A DNA stretch of 64,000 bases, taken from IMG/VR virus record IMGVR_UViG_3300035698_018317, positions 124,001-188,000 of that record, one strand, 5' to 3'. Positions 9,526 to 19,622 of the stretch are shown here, one piece after another. The translations under genes and the position numbers were made by a program. How positions within the stretch are numbered: position 1 is the first letter of the stretch; every line of letters starts with the position of its first letter. Below the pieces are notes generated by a model. The model was not told where the DNA came from. It was given only the letters and a program-made list of their open reading frames with translations, and did no database searches.

Positions 9526-9801
9526 TTATCCCTGATTCATTTTGGCCACAGGTTCCATACATTTTCTGCAAATATAAACAGCCGTTGCAGTACTGTCATG
9601 GGGCCAAGAGCTATTTTTTTTATTTTTATGTAAATCACACACAAAATCTTTGGAAGATTTATCTTCTTTATTCACAAAGGCAATGTCAGCTTTGCCGCCA
9701 CATTTAGAACATTTAATTGTTTTGTCAAAGGGAGCTTGCCATGTCTTGTCAAGACCTTTTTCTCCAACATAAACAGTTTCTAGCCATTGACGAAAATGCA
9801 T
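9526..9801 (-). CDS. Small Zn-ribbon protein (MHFRQWLE)
   Basis: CSKC and CRKC pairs; capsid-targeting-like start. Confidence 0.7.
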   Translation of the reverse strand: MHFRQWLETVYVGEKGLDKTWQAPFDKTIKCSKCGGKADIAFVNKEDKSSKDFVCDLHKNKKNSSWPHDSTATAVYICRKCMEPVAKMNQG

Positions 9802-10313
9802 TATCTCTTCGGTCCTCTTTTAAGTGGCACAGGTTTTAATTTTTCTTGGTGTCTGTCTTTCTTATCTTTTAATTGATGCATCATGTTCCTTACATCGGCA
9901 GTTATTTCTGCTGCCGATGTACCATCACATTTTTTGCTAGTCTGAATAGAAACACTTCTTCTGTCTGAGTTGTAGAATCCTTTAGATAAAGTAAACTCTC
10001 CACCGTTCTTAGGCTCAAAGATAACTAATCCGCACCATTCTCCATCATCCCAATTGCGACTTGAAATCAAAATTCTAATTGGTTTGTGGTCAAAGACATG
10101 TTTGACGTGATAATCATTCTGCTTGAGAGCAGCACTAACATAGCCTAAAACTATCTTAGCGAATGAATCTAGACACTCATCCATCTTGCTACGATAGTTT
10201 ATTTCTATACTATAACGTGTTGCAGTAGTTGCTTCGTTAAAACGCTTTTTCCAGTCTTCTAGGCTGGTGTTACCGTCTATATCCAAAATGTCATGCCAAA
10301 TTTTAAATTCCAT
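9801..10313 (-). CDS. Hypothetical protein
   Basis: ORF track; TAATG coupling with next gene. Confidence 0.7.
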   Translation of the reverse strand: MEFKIWHDILDIDGNTSLEDWKKRFNEATTATRYSIEINYRSKMDECLDSFAKIVLGYVSAALKQNDYHVKHVFDHKPIRILISSRNWDDGEWCGLVIFEPKNGGEFTLSKGFYNSDRRSVSIQTSKKCDGTSAAEITADVRNMMHQLKDKKDRHQEKLKPVPLKRGPKR

Positions 10314-10354
10314 ACTGCTATATTTAGCAATACAGGCATAGTTTTAAGAGAATA

Positions 10355-10816
10355 TTATGATAAGGGTAAAGATTCCCCTAAGATAAATATGATATCACAT
10401 TCATCAGCTTCCGGCCATTCCATAGACTTAATCATCCCTTGTATAACTGCATCCCATTCTTCTCGTGAATAACCACGAGAATCATTCATACGCCTATCTA
10501 ACGTGTCTGTATTTTTAAAAACTACGTATATGATTTCATAACCGGGGACAAGCTCTTTCAATACATCTCTTTTAGACTTCTTAATATTCACTTCATCTAC
10601 AATGATATCAAGACCATTTTTAACAGCAGAAGTAATAGCAGCAGTCTGTAGGTCATGTACAATAGGTTCATATTTCATATTGTACTCATAATTTATACGT
10701 AACATGCTTCGGAAAGCATCTTTGCAGATAACAACCGTATCTTCATTTATGTTTTCTTTGGACCATGTAGACTTGCCACAACCGGGAACACCAATTAAGA
10801 TATACATTTTATTCAT
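10355..10816 (-). CDS. P-loop kinase, T4 Pnk kinase-domain-like (AAA_33)
   Basis: LIGVPGCGKSTW Walker A; ICKDAFR; IIVDEVN. Confidence 0.85.
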   Translation of the reverse strand: MNKMYILIGVPGCGKSTWSKENINEDTVVICKDAFRSMLRINYEYNMKYEPIVHDLQTAAITSAVKNGLDIIVDEVNIKKSKRDVLKELVPGYEIIYVVFKNTDTLDRRMNDSRGYSREEWDAVIQGMIKSMEWPEADECDIIFILGESLPLS

Positions 10817-10823
10817 GCTGGTT

Positions 10824-10851
10824 ATTATATCAGAATTAAAAATTTAATCAA
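10824..10851 (-). promoter_or_regulatory. sigma70-type promoter for the kinase gene
   Basis: TTGATT-16 nt-TATAAT with TGn extended -10 on minus strand. Confidence 0.6.
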
Positions 10852-11020
10852 TGGAATTATGTTTACAAAAACTGTTTGTTTTGTTATATTATTGTTTTAA
10901 CAAGGAAACAAAAATGAACGATAAAAAAATTCTAAATAATTTAAACCAAACTGTGTCACAAAATTTGATACTTTGCGAAAATGGAGAAATATCAAGAAAT
11001 GATGATACTAGCAAAGCATA

Positions 11021-11308
11021 GTGAAAGATGTTTTAGAAGTCGCTGCTATGCCAATAGGATTAATGATAGTCGGTTCGGTAGCTCAGTGGATTTCAAATGA
11101 AGGGTTTGGCGTTAACATTGATGAATATGAAGTGGCAGAAATTCTTAATGAAAAAAAGATTGATAATAATGAATCACTTAGACTTTTAAATTATATTTTT
11201 CAATTACCAATAATCAAAGAAGATATTATCGGGCATGACGAGTCTTACCCGTTATTTACAGTTGATGATTCGGAATTAGATGATTTAGAATATTATGGGT
11301 TGTTCTAG
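11021..11308 (+). CDS. Hypothetical acidic protein
   Basis: ORF track, GTG start. Confidence 0.55.
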   Translation: MKDVLEVAAMPIGLMIVGSVAQWISNEGFGVNIDEYEVAEILNEKKIDNNESLRLLNYIFQLPIIKEDIIGHDESYPLFTVDDSELDDLEYYGLF

Positions 11309-11557
11309 GAGGGTAAAAATGAGTTATAAGTCTTAAAGTAAAAGTAGCTCCTTAATTGACGCCATAAATAGTAGAGATGCTAAGTATTTGTAAATTTTTT
11401 CAATTATTCTGATTTTCTTGTCTACGCCGACCCATGTTTTTCATTCTACGATGGTCTGTTACCACAAGTATTGCAGTGGGAGCATTGTTACTATCTTATC
11501 TAGTTTATCAACATACACTCAAAAATTAATCAATAACATATAATATATCGACATATG

Positions 11558-12442
11558 CTAATCCATTGTTATGGCAGGTATATCGCCAAATCTATATATG
11601 AGGTCTTCTTTCCAGGCTGCTCTTTCTTCTTTTGCTTCAGCTAGAAGATTTTGTCCATCAAGTTGCATTCCGCCACCCGGACCCGGAGGGGCTGGATATT
11701 TACTTCTAATTCTGCCGACTATTTCTTTAGCATAACTAAGAGCACCTTCTTGCATAGCCTGAGTCACTTCTTCCCAATCTTTATTTCTTTGCAAGTAGTG
11801 AACTAATATTTTAGATACTCTAGACGGTGTTGGGTAGACTTTAATATGTTTTAATCCGCCAACAAATTCCCATCCACCAAGGTTTGAACTAACTCTTGAG
11901 TACATTTGTTCATATTGTTTATACAAAACCCATTCGCCCATTCTTCCCCAAATAGGTTGGATAGGGTCAATCAAGCCGCCCTGAATGGATGCATAAGCGC
12001 CGCCGGGATAGAAATATTCAACCGGGATAGCTCCATCTAAGTCTGATGCTTGGAAGGCGAACGTTCCTTGTTCTTTGTAGAACACATTTCTTACTATACC
12101 TACATCAGGCGGTAATTCATATACACTTTTACCCGGAGTAGAATTCATTGCGTAATAGTTAAAATATTCTCTTGGTGCATAATCTTCTAAAATCTTCAAA
12201 GATTGGTCTACACAAAAGTTTATATTTTGCTCATCTAATTCCAGTTTTATTGCTGGAGCACCTAACATATGGAGAATATAGTCTCTTATTTGCATTCTGA
12301 CTTTTTCTCTATTTGGTCTCGGTCCTAATTCGTTTTTGTTTAGAGGGTCTACAGGGCCAAGGTCTGAACATGATGAGGGACATTGAACAGATGACATGGT
12401 ATTGTTAGACGGTCTACTTATTGCTAAAGTGTTATTGGCCAT
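11558..12442 (-). CDS. gp13: Neck/head-tail adaptor, T4 gp13-like
   Basis: IRDYILHMLGAPAIKLELDEQNINFCVDQSL and GGGMQLDGQNLLAEAKEE match gp13 pattern. Confidence 0.85.
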   Translation of the reverse strand: MANNTLAISRPSNNTMSSVQCPSSCSDLGPVDPLNKNELGPRPNREKVRMQIRDYILHMLGAPAIKLELDEQNINFCVDQSLKILEDYAPREYFNYYAMNSTPGKSVYELPPDVGIVRNVFYKEQGTFAFQASDLDGAIPVEYFYPGGAYASIQGGLIDPIQPIWGRMGEWVLYKQYEQMYSRVSSNLGGWEFVGGLKHIKVYPTPSRVSKILVHYLQRNKDWEEVTQAMQEGALSYAKEIVGRIRSKYPAPPGPGGGMQLDGQNLLAEAKEERAAWKEDLIYRFGDIPAITMD

Positions 12443-12477
12443 TATAACTTTATATATTCACGGGACTATATTAATTC

Positions 12478-13455
12478 ATGGCAGAACAAAAAGTAATCCT
12501 TGGCGATTGTATGCAAATCATGTCTGAAATGGACTCAAAGAGCATAGATGTTGTAGTTTGTAGTCCTCCTTACAATTTAGGAAAAAACTATAAGACATAT
12601 GAAGATAAATTACCTCGGGAAGAATATCTCGAATGGACAAGAAAATGGATGGAACTTGTAAAGAAAGTTTTAAAAGATGATGGGTCTTTTTTTCTAAACA
12701 TAGGATTCACCAACAAAGACCCGTGGTTGGGTATGGATGTGGCATTAGTAGCGAGAGATATATTTGAATTACAGAATAACATAGCTTGGATTAAATCTTT
12801 ATTCGTAGATGGTAAGACATTCGGACATTTCAAGCCAGTTCAGAGTAAAAGGTTTATTAATAATACATTTGAACACATTTTCCATTTTACAAAGGATGGG
12901 AACATTCAGGTAGATAGATTGGGAGTTGGCGTCCCTTATAATGATAAACTAAATGCTGAACGATGGAACAATGAAGGTGGGATAAGATGTCGTGGTAATT
13001 GTTGGTATATTCCTTACGAGACGATAATCAGGGAAGCTGAAACTGGCGTGCCTGAATCTGAAATAGAAAAAAGTTGGTTAACTGTTTCTGAAGCTGCTGA
13101 AAAATCTAAAGTAAATAAAGCCATAATCACAATGGCGGCAAACAAGGGAAAGTTGATAAATAACGGGAAGAAAAGAAGAGAAAGACGGATTGACCCTGTA
13201 GATTTGGCAAGGTGGATGGAGGAAAGATTTGAACCAAAAAACGCTGACCATCCTGCGATATATCCTTGGAAGCTTCCAGAAATGTGCATTAAACTACATG
13301 GTATAAAAGATGATATGGTTATATTGGACCCATTTTTAGGTTGGGGCAATAGTCTTATTGCGTCTAAAAAGTTAGGCGTTAATGGAATTGGCATTGATGT
13401 TGATGAAGAATATGTAAAAGAAGCCAAAAGTCAAATAAATAGCATACATATATAA
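12478..13455 (+). CDS. beta-class amino (probably N4-cytosine) DNA methyltransferase with inserted HTH
   Basis: SPPY catalytic motif; HPAIYP; ILDPFLGWG SAM motif; insert at about 13030-13240. Confidence 0.9.
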   Translation: MAEQKVILGDCMQIMSEMDSKSIDVVVCSPPYNLGKNYKTYEDKLPREEYLEWTRKWMELVKKVLKDDGSFFLNIGFTNKDPWLGMDVALVARDIFELQNNIAWIKSLFVDGKTFGHFKPVQSKRFINNTFEHIFHFTKDGNIQVDRLGVGVPYNDKLNAERWNNEGGIRCRGNCWYIPYETIIREAETGVPESEIEKSWLTVSEAAEKSKVNKAIITMAANKGKLINNGKKRRERRIDPVDLARWMEERFEPKNADHPAIYPWKLPEMCIKLHGIKDDMVILDPFLGWGNSLIASKKLGVNGIGIDVDEEYVKEAKSQINSIHI

Positions 13456-13482
13456 GAGATAGTTTAAATTGAGGTTATAAAA

Positions 13483-15990
13483 ATGATAAAACATTCATTC
13501 CGTTCTTTTGCTGAGCAAAGGTCATCTGGTAATTCTGTTAGACAGGCTGCTCAAGCTCAGGTAGTCCCTGTTGGTGGTTTTGTACCCGGACAAGGTGCTC
13601 ATTCAATTTTTAAAGAAGCATCGGTAAACACAAACTTAGTTCGTACTCCTAAAATGCCTATTTTGTTTGATGAGAACGATATTAAGTTTCTTTTACAGTT
13701 TCCTCCGGGTAAGTGGCCACCCGCTCTTCAATGGAGATATGGTGAAGGTTTAAGATATGCTGCTTTAGAAAGCAACAAATCAGGTGGTGCAGTACCAGAT
13801 ACAGGAACAATAACTTTGGCAGCAAAGGGTCGGGGCAAACCTATGACCTTCCAAAATGTCAATTTATATATGGGACCGTTATTGGAAAAACTAGGAAAGC
13901 CCGTGGAAGATGGAGGAGATTACGGATTTGATTTAACCCATTGGAAAGAAATTGGCATGGAAGCTAAAACAAGTAAAGGGGAAAAACGTCTTGTAACCCC
14001 GAACTACCTAGGCTTGCTTAAAAATACTGCCGCTGGCACTATAGGAGATTGGAAAATGGCAGTCCCTACTGGATTGTTAGGTAATCCAGAAGAAGGCTCA
14101 GTAATGGGAGTTCTTAAAGCCGCTGGAAAACCGCCAACAGGAGTAGGTTTTTTATATGATGGCACAATCGCAAACTATAAAGCGGCGGGTGGAATTGTCA
14201 AACCAATGTATTCTCAGGAACAAATTTCTGGGATGATAGATGCAAAAGTAGGAGCGGGTGGTGATGGGGCGGCTGTGGTAGATTATACTTACCAAATGGG
14301 TGATGAGACTTTTACTTCGCCAGAACAAGTAAGCACACTTATGCCGGGAAAAATGTTCAACCAAGGTCTGCTGCATAATTTTACATCTAGCAGAAAAATA
14401 TTACAAGCCCTTACTCAAAAAGCATTTGAAGCAAATCCAGAATTGATGTCAGAGCCGTCATTAAAACCAGAACAGATTGCAGAAAGTTTACCTAAAGGAA
14501 AGGTTTTGGAGTTTGGCCCAAAGAGAGTAGAAATACCTTATGATTCATTCATGGATGTATTTGGTCAATCTCGTGAAGAGTTACAAGCAGCAACAAGCAG
14601 CGAAATAAGTTTACAAGATTATAGGGCAGAAGAAAGAGCTACTGGAACGGGACCGTCAGTTAGTTCCGAGGGAAAATATAAGCCTAGTCAGATGACAAAA
14701 GGAGTAGAACCTGTAAGCAACGCTGATTTGGAACGACTTGGATATAGCCGAGCTAAATATGCGGCTCTTATAAATCAATATTTCGTAGCTATAAGTTCTC
14801 AGAACACAAATGTAAGAGGATTAGACGGAGAAGAAATACCCAGTTTAATATTAAAAGCAATAGATTATGGTATTGATACTGCCAAAAAACAGTACTTCTC
14901 ATTACATGCGCAACGACTTGAAGAAAATAAATCAATTATGTATATGAATGTAAGAGGTTTAATTAAGAAGCAAAATGGCAAAGGTCCGTTTTTGGATTTT
15001 GCAGAAGCTATTAAATCGGAAGATAGAAATGCTATTGATAAATCATATCAAGCAGCAAAAAGTCTCGTTACAGGCAGAACATCTAACTACGTAGCAGAAG
15101 TTGCTCAATTAGATTTAGGATATGGCACAAGAAGAAAACAAAGAAGAACAGGTGAGTTAGATGCCACCATGCAAAGTGGTCAAAGTAAATGGGGCATTAC
15201 GCAAGGTGTGGAAAGAAGTAGAGGGACCGAAGAAGAAGAACGTCAGATTAAGAGCGGAATAGATGACGGAGGTAAAATAACTTTTGCTTATCAAGCTGGC
15301 GAAATGTGGGATAAAGCAGGCAAAATCCAAAAAGATAAAGCCAAAGCAGATATAGAAGGTGGTGGCCTTTCGGCTATCGCCAGAGAATCACAATTAAGAC
15401 GAGATTTAGAAAAATTCTTCATGTCTCAATATGTTATCGAAAAGGATTTAGAGGCAAGCGAATACGACATGGGTGCAATTAAAAACTATGCTCGTACTAT
15501 GGCGAATAAAGTTCTGCAAGTAAAAGGTCTGACTTTAATTCAGCCATCCCCAGTTGATTCGTCTTCAGATGCAAAAGAGTGGTTGTCAAAAATAGCCAGT
15601 CTTCCAAAAACTATTGATGCTGTAAGGTTGGCTAAAAATAAACCTATGTTTGCCCCAAACTTTGGAGCAGGTGAAGATGAAGAACAACAACCGGAACGAC
15701 AAGCAACAGCACAACAGCAAATGCAAACTGCCCCAACACCACAAGTTGCTGCTGACGAAGATTTTAATTTACCGTCTGCTGATATGTTTAGACATCCAGA
15801 CGATGTAAAAGATTATATAAATGCCCCTGCGTTTACTCAAGGAGTTTCTTCTCAAGGTTTTATTAAAAAATTGATGACTAATCCTCAAGAAATACAAAAA
15901 GCTAAACAGCTTAACGCTGTATTGCAATCTAAAGCATTGGCAGCAGCAGTTGCTAAAGCTGAAGAGATGGGGCAAGCAGGAGCAGCATAA
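13483..15990 (+). CDS. 835-aa hypothetical, probable head-internal protein
   Basis: ORF track; starts MIKHSFRSFAEQ; GAGG SD. Confidence 0.8.
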   Translation: MIKHSFRSFAEQRSSGNSVRQAAQAQVVPVGGFVPGQGAHSIFKEASVNTNLVRTPKMPILFDENDIKFLLQFPPGKWPPALQWRYGEGLRYAALESNKSGGAVPDTGTITLAAKGRGKPMTFQNVNLYMGPLLEKLGKPVEDGGDYGFDLTHWKEIGMEAKTSKGEKRLVTPNYLGLLKNTAAGTIGDWKMAVPTGLLGNPEEGSVMGVLKAAGKPPTGVGFLYDGTIANYKAAGGIVKPMYSQEQISGMIDAKVGAGGDGAAVVDYTYQMGDETFTSPEQVSTLMPGKMFNQGLLHNFTSSRKILQALTQKAFEANPELMSEPSLKPEQIAESLPKGKVLEFGPKRVEIPYDSFMDVFGQSREELQAATSSEISLQDYRAEERATGTGPSVSSEGKYKPSQMTKGVEPVSNADLERLGYSRAKYAALINQYFVAISSQNTNVRGLDGEEIPSLILKAIDYGIDTAKKQYFSLHAQRLEENKSIMYMNVRGLIKKQNGKGPFLDFAEAIKSEDRNAIDKSYQAAKSLVTGRTSNYVAEVAQLDLGYGTRRKQRRTGELDATMQSGQSKWGITQGVERSRGTEEEERQIKSGIDDGGKITFAYQAGEMWDKAGKIQKDKAKADIEGGGLSAIARESQLRRDLEKFFMSQYVIEKDLEASEYDMGAIKNYARTMANKVLQVKGLTLIQPSPVDSSSDAKEWLSKIASLPKTIDAVRLAKNKPMFAPNFGAGEDEEQQPERQATAQQQMQTAPTPQVAADEDFNLPSADMFRHPDDVKDYINAPAFTQGVSSQGFIKKLMTNPQEIQKAKQLNAVLQSKALAAAVAKAEEMGQAGAA

Positions 15991-16139
15991 TGATAAGTTT
16001 CAAACAATGGTTAAACGAGATGGCAGGAGCGGGTGCTATTTATGATGGCACCAGTTCTCCTGACTTTAATTGGTGGGGTAGTCCTGAAATATATCATAAA
16101 AAAAAGAAAAAGAAGAAAAGTAAAAAGAAGAAAAAATGA
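15990..16139 (+). CDS. 49-aa protein MISFKQWLNEMAGAGAIYDG...KKKKKKKSKKKKK (missed by ORF track)
   Basis: Manual translation; TAATG overlap upstream and ATGA overlap downstream. Confidence 0.7.
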   Translation: MISFKQWLNEMAGAGAIYDGTSSPDFNWWGSPEIYHKKKKKKKSKKKKK

Positions 16140-16414
16140 ACCCTTTTGAAAATCAATATCCTAATGCCGCAAAAAAATTCTTTCTACAATTGTTACCAGA
16201 GAATATAGCCCAAACTCATTGGAACATTATAGAAAGAATTTGTGATGATGTTCGTCATGAGAAAGATTACAAACAACTTGCTGCGATGTTAGTGGCAATG
16301 TATGAAGTCGGATTTATTCGTTCTATAGAGGAGCATAAAAAAGGGTTAGAAAATGCTGGGATAGAAGTAGAAATAACAGCCCCTACGCCCGCATTACCAA
16401 ATATTTTTAAGTAA
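16136..16414 (+). CDS. Hypothetical protein
   Basis: ORF track. Confidence 0.7.
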   Translation: MNPFENQYPNAAKKFFLQLLPENIAQTHWNIIERICDDVRHEKDYKQLAAMLVAMYEVGFIRSIEEHKKGLENAGIEVEITAPTPALPNIFK

Positions 16415-17030
16415 AATCTGGTTGATAATCTGAAACAACTGCTTGTACAATAAAGCCGCCAGATTTTTCTCTCATCTCATTTACTTTCCACCAACGATAA
16501 TCCCCAAATTTTACTCCACTTCTATATTTGCTAGGATAGAGTATAGAATCCTTTGTCAATTTCACATTAGTCCAGAAGAGAATCATAACATCTTCTCTTT
16601 GTATTATGATTCCTTCAAAAGTAAACTTTTCTCCATATTGAATTTTTTTATAAGATTCGTCATATAAGTCGTCTTTATGTTCTTGGACGATAGCTGGTTG
16701 GCAATGGATAACAACAACATTCTTCAGATATACAGGCTCTTTTGCTTCTTCTTCAGGTTCAGTTGCTTCAGGCTCAACTACTTCAGGTTCGACTACTTCA
16801 GGTTCGACCACTTTGGGTTCAACTACTTCAGGTTCGACCACTTTGGGTTCAACTACTTCAGGTTTTTTAAGTGGGAATGTCGGTAAAAAATCCCCCAACT
16901 CTGTCATGGCTTTATCCCAATCAAAGTTGTGAACTATAAATTTATCTTTTTCTGCCCAAAATTGTTGTTCTGAAACTTTGGGGTTGGGAGAATTAAGACG
17001 ATACACTGTTCCATCTTTCTTTTTAATCAT
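16407..17030 (-). CDS. Probable virion neck/head-closure-like protein with PEVVE repeats
   Basis: DDLYDESYKKIQYGEKF resembles gp14-type segment; located in neck module. Confidence 0.55.
   Translation of the reverse strand: MIKKKDGTVYRLNSPNPKVSEQQFWAEKDKFIVHNFDWDKAMTELGDFLPTFPLKKPEVVEPKVVEPEVVEPKVVEPEVVEPEVVEPEATEPEEEAKEPVYLKNVVVIHCQPAIVQEHKDDLYDESYKKIQYGEKFTFEGIIIQREDVMILFWTNVKLTKDSILYPSKYRSGVKFGDYRWWKVNEMREKSGGFIVQAVVSDYQPDFT
16751..16863. repeat. 15-bp coding tandem repeat (PEVVE/PKVVE, about 7 units)
   Basis: CTACTTCAGGTTCGA-type units with a perfect 30-bp duplication. Confidence 0.9.
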
Positions 17031-17123
17031 TATATCTACATTTCAAAAGTTTAGCCATAAGACTGATATATATTCTATATTAAAGTAGTTAAGAACGGTA
17101 TATAAAAACGAAAGGAAAAAAAG

Positions 17124-17546
17124 ATGTCTTTAATTGCACCAGTTGAGGGAGAGGCTAATCTACTAGGATATATGTTGGGAGAAACATCTGTTCCTGCTGG
17201 AGGTTTTTATTATCGTTTATATACCGACCCAACAACAGCCCCTACAGAAAATATTGTATTAGCAGATTTAACGGAAGTTACAGATTATTTGTATGCTCAA
17301 GTCCAGCTTACGCCTGCTAATTGGGATATTACTGAGGCTGCGGATATAACAACTGCTGAATATAACGCTACAATATCATTTAATTTTGGTGCGGCTGCAT
17401 CGGTTTACGGATATTATGTGACAAATAATGTTTTGGATGACCCAACTACCACGATATTATGGATTGAAAGATTCAATAACGCACCGTTCGAAATACCTTC
17501 AGGGGGCGGAACGATAGAAATTACGCCAAAAATTACGTTAGAATAG
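17124..17546 (+). CDS. Virion structural protein (beta-rich)
   Basis: YRLYT, VYGYYVT, ITPKITLE pattern typical of small tail structural proteins. Confidence 0.6.
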   Translation: MSLIAPVEGEANLLGYMLGETSVPAGGFYYRLYTDPTTAPTENIVLADLTEVTDYLYAQVQLTPANWDITEAADITTAEYNATISFNFGAAASVYGYYVTNNVLDDPTTTILWIERFNNAPFEIPSGGGTIEITPKITLE

Positions 17547-17557
17547 GGGATAAAAAA

Positions 17558-18091
17558 ATGTTGCTTAACAATAATGGCACTCCATACGAATCTGCTGGAA
17601 GCATTCAGCAGTTCGACCCTGATAATACTGAGCATTGTTTATTTAATCTTTGGGACCAAGAATTAATAGAAATGGGTGGCTCACCTATTTTCTATTATGA
17701 AGTTTTTATCCAAGAAGGAAGTGTAGACCCAATTTATTGGGAAGACCGTGGTAAAATTTTCTCAAATAATCCAGTTGAACTTTATTGTCTTTATGAGCCA
17801 ATTTCTTCTACGAATGACCAAGGGGCATTTGGAATAGATTCTCCAGATGAGATGATATTTGAATTTAATTACCAAGCCGTATTAGACAATATAGGACATG
17901 CCCCAAAAATAGGCTCTCGCCTTTACACCCCACATCTACGAGAAAATTGGGTTATTGTTCAAAGAAATCTTGGTGAATTCAAATTATGGGGCACACTGCG
18001 ATTGACGATTATTGCTCAAAGATTCCAAGAGAGTACTACAACAGGAGAAGGAAACGTTACTCAGAAAGCACCCGATTTCAAAATCATCTAG
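17558..18091 (+). CDS. gp14: Head-closure protein, T4 gp14-like
   Basis: QELIEMGGSPIFYY...DPIYWED...FGIDSPDEMIF. Confidence 0.7.
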   Translation: MLLNNNGTPYESAGSIQQFDPDNTEHCLFNLWDQELIEMGGSPIFYYEVFIQEGSVDPIYWEDRGKIFSNNPVELYCLYEPISSTNDQGAFGIDSPDEMIFEFNYQAVLDNIGHAPKIGSRLYTPHLRENWVIVQRNLGEFKLWGTLRLTIIAQRFQESTTTGEGNVTQKAPDFKII

Positions 18092-18357
18092 TGTTCGCCT
18101 TCTATTTTCTTTAACTTAGTATAATATTTGGGATGTTCTCTTAAATGAGCAACGGCAATTTTCAATACTTTTATTGGGTCACCATCGACCACATCTGTAT
18201 CTTTTCCCATTTTGCCATCGTGTTCTTTTTCGACTTTCATGCCCATGGTTAACTCTTCGATAGAAAGTTTAGAAATATCTACATTTCCATCTTTGGCCAA
18301 CCGTTGCAACTTCTCTTTCTGTTGGTTTCCTTCTAACCAGATATTATATTCAAGCAT
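18088..18357 (-). CDS. DUF5661-like small protein
   Basis: MGMKVEKEH...KIAVAHLREHPKYYTKL; starts MLEYNIWLE. Confidence 0.7.
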   Translation of the reverse strand: MLEYNIWLEGNQQKEKLQRLAKDGNVDISKLSIEELTMGMKVEKEHDGKMGKDTDVVDGDPIKVLKIAVAHLREHPKYYTKLKKIEGEH

Positions 18358-18417
18358 AATTAACTCCTAACTTATATACATAAGATTTTTTCATTCTACT
18401 AAATCTATATAATTCGT

Positions 18418-19404
18418 ATGGCAAAAAATCGACTCGTCAATTTAGGAGCACAAAATCAAACATCATTGTCCGATGCATGTGCTCAAGATAAGGGAATGCC
18501 AGCTTCTATAATGGATAACCCACCTGATGTTTTTTGTGACGATAACGGCACAAGAGATGATGGATGGCTTACAGATATTAGTGACAAAAAAGTTGGTATT
18601 GGAGAACAACGTTTATGTGACCCAATGCAAACAGGTCAAATAGTTAATGATGTAGAACATCCAAACAGAAATGTAGTTTATAGATATTCAAAAGCCATAA
18701 GAGGTTGTGATGAAGCGGTTATGGATTTGTTTAGAAATGTTATTGTTTTAGATGAAGATGGCAAAGCCCATCCAGTACCAATTATTTGGGCGACACAAGA
18801 AAAAGCAGTAGCCGCAGTTTTACAACAAAACGTAAGAAAAGATAATAGTTTGGTAGTAGACAGAATTAAATTGCCGATGCTGGCAATTCATTCCAATTCT
18901 TTTGATTTTAATCAAGACAGATATATTTACCATCGTGCCACAGATTACTTAAGAGGTTTAAGGTCCGATGGAAAACCGGGATTTACTATCAATGAAAAAT
19001 ATGAAAGAGACACAGTGTTTGGTGTTTCAAGGGGTATACCAGTTGATGTGGGATACACATTATACGGATGGACTCTTTATATTGAAGATATGAACCAACT
19101 TTTAGAACAAATAATAACAAAATTTTCGCCTATAGCATACATAAAAGTTAGAGGAGTTGCATGGGAAACAGGCGTAAAAATAGATTCCATAGCAAACAAT
19201 GCTGAGACAGAACCGGGTGACGAAAATATTAGAGTCATTAAGTTTGAAATTAATATGACAGCAGAGACGTATATACCACAGCCAATAAGAAGAAATAAAG
19301 CCGTCTTAAAAACTAAGATTGATGTTTATGACAAATTGAATGTTGATGAAATATCAGAATCTATAGACAGATTAGAGATAGCAGTAGATGATTGGGAAAC
19401 ATGA
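18418..19404 (+). CDS. gp15: Tail terminator/sheath stabiliser, T4 gp15-like
   Basis: VPIIWATQEK, LPMLAI, PVDVGYTL, EDMNQLLEQI; directly upstream of sheath. Confidence 0.8.
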   Translation: MAKNRLVNLGAQNQTSLSDACAQDKGMPASIMDNPPDVFCDDNGTRDDGWLTDISDKKVGIGEQRLCDPMQTGQIVNDVEHPNRNVVYRYSKAIRGCDEAVMDLFRNVIVLDEDGKAHPVPIIWATQEKAVAAVLQQNVRKDNSLVVDRIKLPMLAIHSNSFDFNQDRYIYHRATDYLRGLRSDGKPGFTINEKYERDTVFGVSRGIPVDVGYTLYGWTLYIEDMNQLLEQIITKFSPIAYIKVRGVAWETGVKIDSIANNAETEPGDENIRVIKFEINMTAETYIPQPIRRNKAVLKTKIDVYDKLNVDEISESIDRLEIAVDDWET

Positions 19405-19610
19405 TAGAAATTACAAATAAATTAAAAAGCCCCGTGCAAGTAGTAGTGCGTTCGAAGAAAGCTCCTCGTGCGTTTACGACGTTGAATATTCCGGGTGTGG
19501 GCAAGGGGCATAATGTTCGTGTAATTGAAGATGAAAGTTACACACCATATATTGACAGAGTTGAGAGTATGGGCCTTATTTCGACTAAAAAAATACAAGA
19601 AAGCTTATAG
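19401..19610 (+). CDS. Small protein between gp15 and sheath
   Basis: MIEITNKLKSPVQVVV; ATGA overlap. Confidence 0.65.
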   Translation: MIEITNKLKSPVQVVVRSKKAPRAFTTLNIPGVGKGHNVRVIEDESYTPYIDRVESMGLISTKKIQESL

Positions 19611-19622
19611 GGAGAAAAACAT

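Noticed and set aside
16751-16863. CRISPR-like repeat array
   Set aside because: No spacers; in-frame 15-bp coding repeats (PEVVE)
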